Shown piece by piece: positions 29,063 to 38,409 of a stretch of DNA of 64,000 bases. The position numbers were made by a program, and so were the translations under genes. Below the pieces are notes generated by a model. The model was given only the letters and a program-made list of their open reading frames with translations. It searched no databases and was not told where the DNA came from. The stretch lies in the NCBI GenBank assembly GCA_963733095.1, contig CAVTBV010000008.1:15341-79340 (forward strand), given 5' to 3'. Position 1 is the stretch's first letter, and each line of letters starts with the position of its first letter. Origin of the DNA: Candidatus Bathyarchaeota archaeon (lineage in GTDB: Archaea; Thermoproteota; Bathyarchaeia; Bathyarchaeales; Bathycorpusculaceae).

Positions 29063-30154
29063 TTAACCACTTGGGGCTTTTCGGCCCACTTTACCTATTT
29101 CATACACAATCAAATGTGGATACTTCAGTAAAAATTTGTATAATTGAGCGTTCTCTTTTTTCAATTCAACACTTGGATCTGGCTCGTAGATATGTAATAT
29201 TGCCATTTGGTTTTCGCTGAGCGCATTGGTCATTTCGCTAAGGGTAAACCAATGGTTAGGATTATCCTTGTGCTTATGTTCTATCTTGTAACGTGGTAAA
29301 CATCCGCGAAAATGGCCTCCATTTGAGAGGGCTATTCCTTTAGCAAGTTGACCAAAAAAGGGATGCGCCTCGATTATAAAGAATCTGCCTTGGTCTTTCA
29401 AAATTCTGTTAATTTTACTCAATGCTTGGCTGAATTCTTCATGGTTATGTTCCTTTCTGGAAAAGTCAAAACTCACAATGGTGTCTATCGCAACAACATA
29501 GTCAAACTCTTTAGGACGCAAATTTTCTGCAAATTCAAGAAAATCACGATGAAAAAACTCTACGTTACTAAGGCCTAACTTCTCCTTGAGTTCCTGTGCC
29601 TTAGAAATTAAAAATTTACTTTTATCTATTCCAATTACCTGTGCTCCACGTTGGGCCAAAATGGCAGAATAAAATCCTGGTCCACATCCAAAGTCAAGGA
29701 TTTTTTTTCCAGCTACATATTCTTTAGAAAAGAAATGGGTTACAAAATTGTGTACGTAATGCTTGTAGTAGACTCTGTTTTTAGGTCGAATGTCAGAAAC
29801 ATCATCATAAAATTTCTTTTCAAACCAGTTTTCCATAATTGGTGGTTGCTCATTTTCTTCCAAAGCTTTACGAACTGCCTCGTTCATAGCTTTGTTGACT
29901 GCCTCAACGGCAATCTGATCAATGTTCTCGTCTATGCTTTTTTCGCCGATTACAGAAATTAACCATTCTTTGTACTCAGGTATCAATCTTTTTGCAGCTT
30001 CATACATTGTTGTTTGCAATTTCGCTAGAATTTCAAGATCCAAATTCGCAGCATTCAGATTCTCCTTCGAGAATAGAGCAATAATTTTCCTCTTAGAAAC
30101 AGTCTCTAGTGGCTTTTTGGAGGAAGTTTTGGGTGCTGATTTATTGTTTGACAA
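29063..30154 (-). CDS. Class I SAM-dependent methyltransferase with N-terminal precursor-like domain
   Basis: ILDFGCGPG motif I, GIDKS, FDYVV, ILKDQG; residues 39-101 align with the 168-aa protein. Confidence 0.9.
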   Translation of the reverse strand: MSNNKSAPKTSSKKPLETVSKRKIIALFSKENLNAANLDLEILAKLQTTMYEAAKRLIPEYKEWLISVIGEKSIDENIDQIAVEAVNKAMNEAVRKALEENEQPPIMENWFEKKFYDDVSDIRPKNRVYYKHYVHNFVTHFFSKEYVAGKKILDFGCGPGFYSAILAQRGAQVIGIDKSKFLISKAQELKEKLGLSNVEFFHRDFLEFAENLRPKEFDYVVAIDTIVSFDFSRKEHNHEEFSQALSKINRILKDQGRFFIIEAHPFFGQLAKGIALSNGGHFRGCLPRYKIEHKHKDNPNHWFTLSEMTNALSENQMAILHIYEPDPSVELKKENAQLYKFLLKYPHLIVYEIGKVGRKAPSG

Positions 30155-30267
30155 AACAATCGCTACTCCATTTTCATGAATTGGGAACTATTTATGTTTG
30201 TGAGGCATTGCAGATTTTAATTGAAGGAAATCCATATTGCGGATCGTACTGAAAAGTTCAGTAATGT

Positions 30268-31848
30268 TTAGTAAAACGGAACAATTATTTTTAAGGGATT
30301 ATTTCTGGCTGTTTTTAACTTTCTTAGTCGTGCCCAGACTGAAGTTAAGATTTCATAACGATTACTCTCTGGTCTGGGTGAATACACATAACTGTGGTTT
30401 AAGCCCATATTTCGCCTGATTGCTTCAATTCCATATTTTTGTGGATTTTGAGATATTTCTGAATCATGATAGACCCCAAAACGTGAAACATGTACCTGAT
30501 CAATAAACTCATAATTCCGCTCTAAGAAATCAACAGACTGTTTGAAATCGCTTACAGTTTCTCCTGGAAAATCTACGATCATAAATGTTAGAACCCGAAT
30601 TCCGCTTCTTGCAGTATTCCGAATCACCTTCTTAGCAGTGTCCAAATCATACCCTTTTTTCATTTTCTGCAATATTCTTTGAGACCCTGATTCTATGCCA
30701 TACCACAAACCTATGCAACCTGCATTGCACATCTTTTCCAGCAACTTATTAGTCATTTCAGGGCGAACCCGAGCATTACCCATCCATTTTATTCCCATAT
30801 CTTCTTCGATTAATAAATCACAGAATGTTTCTAGCGATTTTATATTACAATTTATAAAACTGTCGTTGAAGCGAATGACAGACGTTCCATACTTTCCTTG
30901 CATACTTTTAATCTCGGATACAATGTCTTCGGGGGTTCGCATACGGCAAGTGTTACCCCATAACCGTTTTTCAACACAAAAAACACAATTCCCAACACAC
31001 CCTCTAGAGCCAACAACTGGCATTATAGGCATACCAAACTTATTCTGAGGATACTCACTCAATGGCAAATCATCATAAGAGGGAAAAGGCAAAGAATCAA
31101 GAGATTCCACTAATGGACGAGCCTCATTGGTAATGATTATATCTTCCGTGTTCCTGTAAGAGATTCCTTTGATTTCTTCAATTGACTCTAAACTACCGTC
31201 ATACGAATTCGCAAGCTCAGAAATTGTGACCTCGCCTTCACCATGAACTACTGCATTAATTTCGGGATAAAAAGAGAGAACTTCTTTCCAAGAGACGAAT
31301 GCAGGTCCACCCAACACCGTCAAGATTCTGGGCAGACGTTTCTTCAATTTACGTGCAAGAAGAATACTCCACAACAATCCAATATGACTAATCACATGAA
31401 ATCCCACAATACTTTGTTCTTTGAAAGCATGGGCAACTTCCAAAAACCAACTGTTACAAATTTTCCAAACATCAGAGACAACTTCTAACCTTAATTCTTC
31501 ATTAATCACGTGGCCGTACCCTAAATTTGAATAAGGATAACTTAATTGATCAGAGGCCTCTTTTAACATAATTTCTTCAAAAGTATCCTTGCTCTCGAAC
31601 ATAACAGAGCAAAGATGCGATTCAGGAATTTTTTCCTCTTTCACACTTACTCCACGATTGCTATGGCGTAAAATTTCTCTGGGCTTAATGCTTAATCCTT
31701 GGTGAAAAAGAGCTAAATTAAAAGATTTAATGTTCAAATCGAAGGTACTTACATTTTGATTATTTGCCTTTAGGATACCTGTCAGGTAAGGGATTGCAGG
31801 ATAAGGCACTAAGGAAGATACAGGGGGGATGCAAAAAAACACGGGCAT
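30268..31848 (-). CDS. B12-binding radical SAM enzyme (class B methyltransferase-like)
   Basis: Cobalamin-binding region (LGGP, GEGE), GSRGCVGNCVFC, GIESGSQRILQKMKKG, DFPGET. Confidence 0.9.
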   Translation of the reverse strand: MPVFFCIPPVSSLVPYPAIPYLTGILKANNQNVSTFDLNIKSFNLALFHQGLSIKPREILRHSNRGVSVKEEKIPESHLCSVMFESKDTFEEIMLKEASDQLSYPYSNLGYGHVINEELRLEVVSDVWKICNSWFLEVAHAFKEQSIVGFHVISHIGLLWSILLARKLKKRLPRILTVLGGPAFVSWKEVLSFYPEINAVVHGEGEVTISELANSYDGSLESIEEIKGISYRNTEDIIITNEARPLVESLDSLPFPSYDDLPLSEYPQNKFGMPIMPVVGSRGCVGNCVFCVEKRLWGNTCRMRTPEDIVSEIKSMQGKYGTSVIRFNDSFINCNIKSLETFCDLLIEEDMGIKWMGNARVRPEMTNKLLEKMCNAGCIGLWYGIESGSQRILQKMKKGYDLDTAKKVIRNTARSGIRVLTFMIVDFPGETVSDFKQSVDFLERNYEFIDQVHVSRFGVYHDSEISQNPQKYGIEAIRRNMGLNHSYVYSPRPESNRYEILTSVWARLRKLKTARNNPLKIIVPFY

Positions 31849-32011
31849 TTTGTAAATCCTTTAAATCATGTTTTGACGAAGCTTTCTGGTAACCCACTTT
31901 GGATAAGCGTGATGCTACATAATGAAACTAAGAATCATGATGCATTAATGTTATGACAACAACTCTTATGGTCAATTACGCCCTTTTATTTGAGGGTTGA
32001 ATTAAAGAACC

Positions 32012-32518
32012 TCAAACTCTACCTTGTTTCAAATTTTCTTTCAAAGCTTCACGAATTGCAACATTCATAGCTTTGTTAACTGCCTGAGCAACCATGTCAT
32101 CAATGTTCCTATTTGGTTGAGGACAATCGTTTCCACAAGAACTACATAAGGGCGTTGGACAATCGTTTCCACAAGAACTACATAAGGGCGTTGGACAATC
32201 GTTTCCACAAGAACTACATAAGGGCGTTGGACAATCTTCAGCCACAACTCTTTCACCAAAAGAAGAATTCACCCACTGTTTGTATTCGGGCACCGTTTTT
32301 TCCACGACTTCATGAATTGTTGATTGTAGTTTCGCATATATTTCTGGATCTATTTTTTCAATAGGGGGCATTTTTGCTAAAAGCGCATTTAGTCGTCTAC
32401 TTTGCGCCCCAGTGAGTTTACTTTTTGAAACAACGGTGGTTAATTTCTTAGAAGCTATTTTAGCGGGTTTTTTATAATTAGCTTTTGTCCTTACTTTATT
32501 CTTTGGCAAAAAAATCAC
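32012..32518 (-). CDS. Putative RiPP-like precursor with internal Cys-rich tandem cores
   Basis: Residues 96-131 are (CPTPLCSSCGND)x3 followed by CPQP; lies between two radical SAM genes. Confidence 0.75.
   Translation of the reverse strand: MIFLPKNKVRTKANYKKPAKIASKKLTTVVSKSKLTGAQSRRLNALLAKMPPIEKIDPEIYAKLQSTIHEVVEKTVPEYKQWVNSSFGERVVAEDCPTPLCSSCGNDCPTPLCSSCGNDCPTPLCSSCGNDCPQPNRNIDDMVAQAVNKAMNVAIREALKENLKQGRV
32121..32236. repeat. 36-bp perfect coding tandem repeat, 3 copies plus 8 bp
   Basis: GGACAATCGTTTCCACAAGAACTACATAAGGGCGTT at 32121, 32157, 32193, partial at 32229. Confidence 0.97.
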
Positions 32519-32658
32519 TAACTATTTATGATTTACCAATTATTTATGTTTATTGCACGGAACTGATTTAAGACTTATTTTTAAATAAGCCTGAGTCGAT
32601 TCTACACTTTTATCAAAGATCAGCGTTGTTTGTCCATAGAGCTTTCGGTAATGGAAAT

Positions 32659-34116
32659 TTAGGTTGGTTTCTTTGCTCTCTTTTTCACCCGTCTTCGCAA
32701 CTTTTTCGATTTTAGGTTTGTAGATTGCATCAGGAAATTATAAGTTAGCAAAAGTTTGAGGATTTCATTTTGAAAAGTGCAAAAATAGTTCTCTTTTATT
32801 CCAATTTTACCGGTCTTAATGTAGACATCATAGGCACAAGCTCCGCCGCAGATCCCAAGGGCAGGACAAAGCATACAATCTTTATTCTTCAGGGTGCCAA
32901 GTTCTAGCCACTCGTAAAACAATGGTTCTTCTTGAACATTCAAATCGTCTTTTACTGGAATTTGATGTTTTCCGGAAGGATAAAACGCTTGGCAAGGCCC
33001 AACAGTTCCAGCAGGTGAAAAGAATATTTGCTGACCAAATGCAGGACAATCATACACATGAAATGCTTCCTTGAAAAAATAGCTTGCTCTTCGCACATCT
33101 ATGCGATCTTCAAACATCTGAAGTTCTTTAGCTTTTAAGTATGCTCTAAAAAGATGCTGAGCTAGTTGTTTTGGGTCGGGAACTTCATATTCGGTCGGTT
33201 CCTTTAGTCTGGTTAACAAATTGAAACTTAGGCTTCTAACTCCCAATTTATGGACAAATTCAACTATTTCCTCCGCGTATTCGTAGTTCTGTTTCGTAAT
33301 TGTACATGATATCCCAACATTTACTCCAAGTTCTTTCAAGAGAGCCAACGCTTTAAGTGCTGAATAAAATGTTTCTTTTCCGCCAGTAAAAACACGGTTT
33401 TTGTCTATGCTGGCCCATCCGTCTAGTGATAAACCAACACCAACATTGTGTTGCTTGAGTTTTCTAGCCAAGTCATCTGTTAATAAACTCCCGTTAGTAA
33501 CGCAAGAAAACACGAATTTGTTTTTGGATGCTTGCTCCAGTTTTTCAATAATGTAGAAAACGATTTCGCTGTTGCTAAGTGGTTCTCCTCCATAAAATGT
33601 GACTCTGTATTCTTGAACTTGTCTTGCTGCGTTAATTAGAACTTTTATGACTTTGTCCGCCAAATCCTTTGACATTGAAATGCTCGGTCCTTCAAGAGAG
33701 TTTTCAATGAAGCAGTAACCGCATCTGAAGTTGCAGTAGTCAGTCACTAAAATGTACGACAGATTTGGCACGGGTTTTTTTCTGAGTACGCTATCTGCAA
33801 TGTTATTAAACACTTTTTCTTGATCAAAGCCGCGAGGCACTATGAATTTCAACTTAATTAGCTTCTTGACGTAGCCACTTTGGTGCCCCTTGCTTAGATC
33901 TGTTAAAACCTTAACATACTCATCATTGGACAAGTATACTTTTTTCAGAGTTAAAGAATTAAAAAGACACTTCGTCGTTTCATCTATGTTAAACAGATGG
34001 ATGAACGGCGAAAGAATTAACTGGGATGGTTCTTCACAGCTCGATTGTTTACCGGGATTACTTTTGTTCAAAAGAGCATTAACCTTCGCGACTTGTTTTT
34101 TGCTAAATTTATGCAA
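32659..34116 (-). CDS. Radical SAM/SPASM domain peptide maturase
   Basis: CNFRCGYC, YGGEPL, TNGSLL, SLDG; SPASM cysteines CPAF...GPC...CMLCPALGICGGAC...FC; N-terminal region sized like an RRE. Confidence 0.92.
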   Translation of the reverse strand: MHKFSKKQVAKVNALLNKSNPGKQSSCEEPSQLILSPFIHLFNIDETTKCLFNSLTLKKVYLSNDEYVKVLTDLSKGHQSGYVKKLIKLKFIVPRGFDQEKVFNNIADSVLRKKPVPNLSYILVTDYCNFRCGYCFIENSLEGPSISMSKDLADKVIKVLINAARQVQEYRVTFYGGEPLSNSEIVFYIIEKLEQASKNKFVFSCVTNGSLLTDDLARKLKQHNVGVGLSLDGWASIDKNRVFTGGKETFYSALKALALLKELGVNVGISCTITKQNYEYAEEIVEFVHKLGVRSLSFNLLTRLKEPTEYEVPDPKQLAQHLFRAYLKAKELQMFEDRIDVRRASYFFKEAFHVYDCPAFGQQIFFSPAGTVGPCQAFYPSGKHQIPVKDDLNVQEEPLFYEWLELGTLKNKDCMLCPALGICGGACAYDVYIKTGKIGIKENYFCTFQNEILKLLLTYNFLMQSTNLKSKKLRRRVKKRAKKPT

Positions 34117-34631
34117 CTAAAAAACCCACCTTAAGTGTTCTTAACTTATAAATCAAAGTTTTCCTTAAACTTGTAATTGCAGTTAATTTATAAATAGATT
34201 ACATTCTGGAACGCAGATCAAGCAAATTGACTTCTTGGATATGATCAAAATGGGGATCCAAAACAGGCGTAAACATGTTGTCAACTCAACATAGCACCTG
34301 ATGGTAAGCCTCTGTCATTTTCTGCTTGAATCTTTTAAATAATAGTTGTCTATTTCACCAAAAATTTCCAAAGTAAAACTGGTATGTGCCCAATCAAATC
34401 CGACTTCCACTAAATATTAAACAAGCTGCAAATACTAAGAGGCACAGGTTACAGTGTGCGTACACCCAGTAAGCATAGCCATCTCCAATCGCAGATTAGA
34501 GAAAATTAGATTAAGAAGCCTCAAAACAAAAAAGGTCAAGAAGCGAATTTGTGGAGCAACATTTTGAAGACGTATTCTTTAAACAAAGGAATTAAAATGC
34601 TTACCTACTTGCAGGTTTTTTTACCGGTTAG

Positions 34632-35058
34632 CTATTTGGGGGGCAAACATACCGTAAAAGTTGTGCTCTTCCCTTCTTGGCTTTCAAAAGTTACTGTTCC
34701 CCCTAAACCTTCAGTCATGCGTTTAATCACTGCTAATCCGAAACCTTGACCTTTAGCTTTGGTTGTGAACATTGGCGTAAACATCTTACCTTAAATGGCT
34801 TTGATATGCCTCCTCCGGTATCCTTGACATCTATCACGACATCACTTGCTTTTTTGTAAGCCTTTATGACAATTTCACCGCCATTAGGCATCGCTTGAAC
34901 AGCGTTATTAACCAAATTGACCATAATGCGTTTTATGAAAGCAGAGTCAGTATAACCTTTTCAGCCGCAACTTCAACTTTAACGTTTACTTTAACATTTT
35001 CGGGCAAACCGTTCTTTGCCAATAAGTCTTCAACTAAGAGTTTCAGATCAACTTCTTC
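34632..35058 (-). pseudogene. Frameshifted histidine kinase HATPase_c fragment
   Basis: KNGLPENVKV..., NLVNNAVQAMPNGG, DTGGGI, GQGFGLAVIKRMTEGLGG spread over different frames. Confidence 0.85.
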
Positions 35059-35314
35059 TTACATCTGTTTGAAAGTTGCTGGTTGTACTTCAAGCTGCCT
35101 AGCAACCAGCGGCTAACCCAGAAATTCCTGCGCCAATTACTATGATACGTTGTTGCATCATTGATTCAAATTGCCAAATATTAGAGCATTTCACACAACA
35201 ATTGGCCACATCTCAATTAGAAAGACGGTACCCGCTCAAATCAACTCTACAGTCAAGAAAAAAATGAAAAACGGAAAATTCATCTAGAACGCGTTGACTT
35301 TTAGTTCTGAGTTA

Positions 35315-35599
35315 CTATCGCGGAGTATTGACTGCTGTTTTTCTTTTTGATTTTTCTATTATCTCACAGATGCGGCAGGCGGCGTCATCGAGTGTCTTTT
35401 TGAGCTGCTTCATGTCCTCTTCGACTGCGTCGCGGTTTTCCAAAAGTGGGTAGACACTGAGATGGATCAAGTCGAAAGTTGCCTTAATGTCAATTTTTCC
35501 TGTTCTTTTTTGATCCATGACTGATTTCATTATTTTTTCTCTTTTGGCAATTTCCTCAATCTTTAACCTTGGTTTATCGCTACTTAGACTTCTGCTCAT
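35315..35599 (-). CDS. Small helical hypothetical protein
   Basis: ATG at 35599 overlaps upstream stop (TAATG) after GAGGTGG SD. Confidence 0.7.
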   Translation of the reverse strand: MSRSLSSDKPRLKIEEIAKREKIMKSVMDQKRTGKIDIKATFDLIHLSVYPLLENRDAVEEDMKQLKKTLDDAACRICEIIEKSKRKTAVNTPR

Positions 35600-36795
35600 T
35601 ACATTACCACCTCTATCTCTGGAATTTTCATCCCACACAGGTTTAATCCCTTAATTTTAATACCTTTTAATACCAAGCTTAGGTCAAGCTTGTCGGTGAT
35701 TGCTGAGTCAGTTGTAACTGTGCCGGATAAGTTTGAAAACTCCAAGCCGCCCTTGACCCTCATCACCATTTTGCTGACGTTGAGAGTTAATACGCCGGTT
35801 ATATGGGCTCTATCTGCGTCACCAATGAGGGTAACACCTGGTCCATACATCTGTTTTGAGGTGGATATGGTTAGAGCAGTCTTAGATTCTGCTTCAAAGG
35901 GCTGGGTAGTGACAGATGGAATTGTTACGTTTAAGGCTTTTATGTCTTTCATGGAAGCTTGAGGACTCGAAATTCCGTTTGAGTCCATTTCATCAATTGT
36001 TGTTTGGTCTGTTGCGATGTCGTTGGGTCCCGTTGGATTAGGGATTGGAAGGCACAGTCCAATGTTAATTCCAAGGGGAGTATCGATGGGGATGCTTGTA
36101 CATTTCATCTGTATGTTGTCGGCTGAAACTTGGTCTATTGTGGTTTCCTTTATCGGGTCAGCAGTCATAGAGAATGGACCGATAGAGGTTAGAGTTGAAA
36201 ACATGGAAAATTGACCAGCGCCGAACACGACGTCTCCAAGCGTATGTTTCTCCACATAAGAGTTAAAGTTGACTCCGCCCGATACGCCATAACAAAAGTC
36301 AGACCAACAGAGCGGCCATGGCAAGTCAATGTTTCCCGAAAACGTTGTGCTTATGGATAATGTGATTTCTAGCTCTACGTTTTTGGCTTTGCATGATTCG
36401 TACTTGAATGTTCCGCTAAAATCTCTCAGCCGAAGGTTTGGAATGGATACTTCACCGATTTCTATCTCCGCAATCGAGAGCGGTCCCCCGATGCTGGAGG
36501 CGATTTTGGATTGGGGTATAACTGCTCGAGCTATCACCTTTTGTTCTCTTGGGCGACATCGCATTTGGGGCGGAGGGCAATCACAACCCTTTATCGGGAT
36601 TTTGGGTAAATCGAAACATACTTTTTGTGTTTCTACCTCTATTTTAGGCAAGTTTAAGCAGACTTTTTGCGTTTCCACCTTCGGCAGTGGAATGCATATT
36701 TTCCCTTCTTGCGATGCAGTAGTTGCGTTAGTTGTTTCTACGGAAGTTACTTCTTTTACATCTAAAACTTTTTTTGTTCTCGAGCTCTTGCTCAA
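35599..36795 (-). CDS. Hypothetical beta-rich protein with Cys/Pro-rich N-terminal repeats
   Basis: 398 aa; K[IV]C[ILF]xLPK[VI] three times, then GCDCPPP; Ile/Ser/Thr-rich beta pattern. Confidence 0.75.
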   Translation of the reverse strand: MSKSSRTKKVLDVKEVTSVETTNATTASQEGKICIPLPKVETQKVCLNLPKIEVETQKVCFDLPKIPIKGCDCPPPQMRCRPREQKVIARAVIPQSKIASSIGGPLSIAEIEIGEVSIPNLRLRDFSGTFKYESCKAKNVELEITLSISTTFSGNIDLPWPLCWSDFCYGVSGGVNFNSYVEKHTLGDVVFGAGQFSMFSTLTSIGPFSMTADPIKETTIDQVSADNIQMKCTSIPIDTPLGINIGLCLPIPNPTGPNDIATDQTTIDEMDSNGISSPQASMKDIKALNVTIPSVTTQPFEAESKTALTISTSKQMYGPGVTLIGDADRAHITGVLTLNVSKMVMRVKGGLEFSNLSGTVTTDSAITDKLDLSLVLKGIKIKGLNLCGMKIPEIEVVM

Positions 36796-36898
36796 TTGCT
36801 TGGCCCCATTTCTATTTGGGAATATTGTTATTTATCGTTTGTGTTGAGTCTGATTAGTCGACTCAATTTAAGAACGTACACACCACCCTATGACTTTT

Positions 36899-37297
36899 CT
36901 ATTGCAATCTATATGTCAAGAAGTAGAAACGTGGTGACAATCTGGAGAGCAACAAGATTTGTTCAAAAATCCTATAGCACTTTAACAGTGTTGCAGGTTC
37001 TCCAAATGCTTCAAGCTTGTTTGTTTGGAGTGCTTTGTTGAGAGTTATTCTACCTTCAAGAAGGTCAAAGAGGCATTTTCTTGAAAAGTTTATTCTCACA
37101 TCAATGGTCTTAGGCATTTTTTCCCCTCCGATAATAACATCGTCGGCTGTAACGCGAATCAGGGTTTTCTCTTCATCGAGAGTCTGAAGCCAGTTTAAGC
37201 CCTCAGTTTCAGCAATCATTCTCCTAAGATGTTGAGGGTAATCTTGTTTCATTAACGCGATCAGCTCTTTCATGAATTGTTCAAGTGTCAATTGCAT
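36899..37297 (-). CDS. SCP2 sterol/lipid-binding domain protein
   Basis: C-terminal pattern LFDLLEGRITLNKALQTNKLEAFG typical of SCP2. Confidence 0.7.
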   Translation of the reverse strand: MQLTLEQFMKELIALMKQDYPQHLRRMIAETEGLNWLQTLDEEKTLIRVTADDVIIGGEKMPKTIDVRINFSRKCLFDLLEGRITLNKALQTNKLEAFGEPATLLKCYRIFEQILLLSRLSPRFYFLTYRLQ

Positions 37298-37302
37298 AGG
37301 TT

Positions 37303-38409
37303 CTAAACCCTCTTTCGCGGACGAACCGATTCAAACCAGCAGGGAAGAACACACTCATAGGTATTGCCTCCAACTTTCGCGCGCAAGTTGGCTTCACAGA
37401 ACATTTCATTGAACACAACCTCTGACGAATTGATAATACTATTGTTGACTATGCTACATACCGCCTTAGGGGTAAAAACAATTTCAAGTTTATCGACGTC
37501 TTTAAAGGCGGTAAACGTTCTGTTTTTTGGAATAGACGGGCGGTAACTCGGATACAGTAACTGCGTGATTCCAGGCATAACGCTTAGGTTGCCATCGTAG
37601 TCTCCTGAGGAAGCTATCTTCATTTTAGTGTTGTCGAAGAATTGTCTTTTTCCATCTTTTGTTTCAAGGAAGACTCCGCCGTATGATAAATCGTTGGAAG
37701 AGCCATAGCGGTAAATCAGAAAATCCACTCGTCCAGGCTCATCGGCAGCTAGAGGGTCACAAAAGATAACGCCAGTATCCCAACCCCAAGTCATCCCTAT
37801 GTCGAAGCATCCGCCTTCATGGTCCTGATAGCCCTGATTAGTCTTAATTGCGTAGTTCTTCTTGCATATTGTTAGGTTGCCTTCAACAAATAGTCTCGGC
37901 AGCTCAACCCAACTTTCCCATTGGTGATTCATTTCTTGGGCTGCCAAAAGCATCTTTGCGTTAGGATTCTGCTCTTTTAGGACTTCCATGAAGATATCTT
38001 TGTCTGTCACAGGTGGCGATACAACTTTAAAATTTAGGTCAAAAGAAGTCTGTTCCATCTGTCCCACAACATCAAAAGAATTGTTCGCCAACAAAGCTAC
38101 TGAGAAATTATCGCCGGTAAAGTTGGGGCTGTATGATGTAACCTCGAGTTGACCCATCTGTATTAACTTTAATTCGGAAAATATTTTTTGAGATGAATCC
38201 ACAATGTATGAAAGAACAGAGCCCCAGCCGCGTTTTGAATCATATGGATTTCCATGAACACCAAAGTTTAGCAGACCGAATATCCCTGTTTTTCGGTCGA
38301 AAAAAACGAAGTCATGCCATTCTTGATAGAGCCGAGCCTTCGCATCGAAAAGGGAGGGCAGAGTGAAAGCATCGACGCTAGCCGTGTCTTCTACACGGTA
38401 TAGAGTCAT
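37303..38409 (-). CDS. CrtC/AttH/tocopherol-cyclase-like beta-barrel protein
   Basis: YQEWHDF, GYQDHEGG and WGWDTG correspond to the EW.F, GY.DH..G and W.W motifs of this superfamily. Confidence 0.55.
   Translation of the reverse strand: MTLYRVEDTASVDAFTLPSLFDAKARLYQEWHDFVFFDRKTGIFGLLNFGVHGNPYDSKRGWGSVLSYIVDSSQKIFSELKLIQMGQLEVTSYSPNFTGDNFSVALLANNSFDVVGQMEQTSFDLNFKVVSPPVTDKDIFMEVLKEQNPNAKMLLAAQEMNHQWESWVELPRLFVEGNLTICKKNYAIKTNQGYQDHEGGCFDIGMTWGWDTGVIFCDPLAADEPGRVDFLIYRYGSSNDLSYGGVFLETKDGKRQFFDNTKMKIASSGDYDGNLSVMPGITQLLYPSYRPSIPKNRTFTAFKDVDKLEIVFTPKAVCSIVNNSIINSSEVVFNEMFCEANLRAKVGGNTYECVLPCWFESVRPRKRV

Noticed and set aside
32121-32236. 36-bp repeats as a CRISPR array
   Set aside because: Units are head-to-tail with no spacers, in frame within an ORF, and no cas genes are present
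32065-32364. Alternative-frame repeat ORFs (QRPYVVLVETIV and DNRFHKNYIRAL repeats)
   Set aside because: By-products of a stop-free 36-bp repeat; the Cys frame is supported by homology of its flanks to the methyltransferase
36329-36847. 172-aa plus-strand ORF and similar antisense ORFs across the window
   Set aside because: Antisense to well-supported genes, with no recognisable motifs
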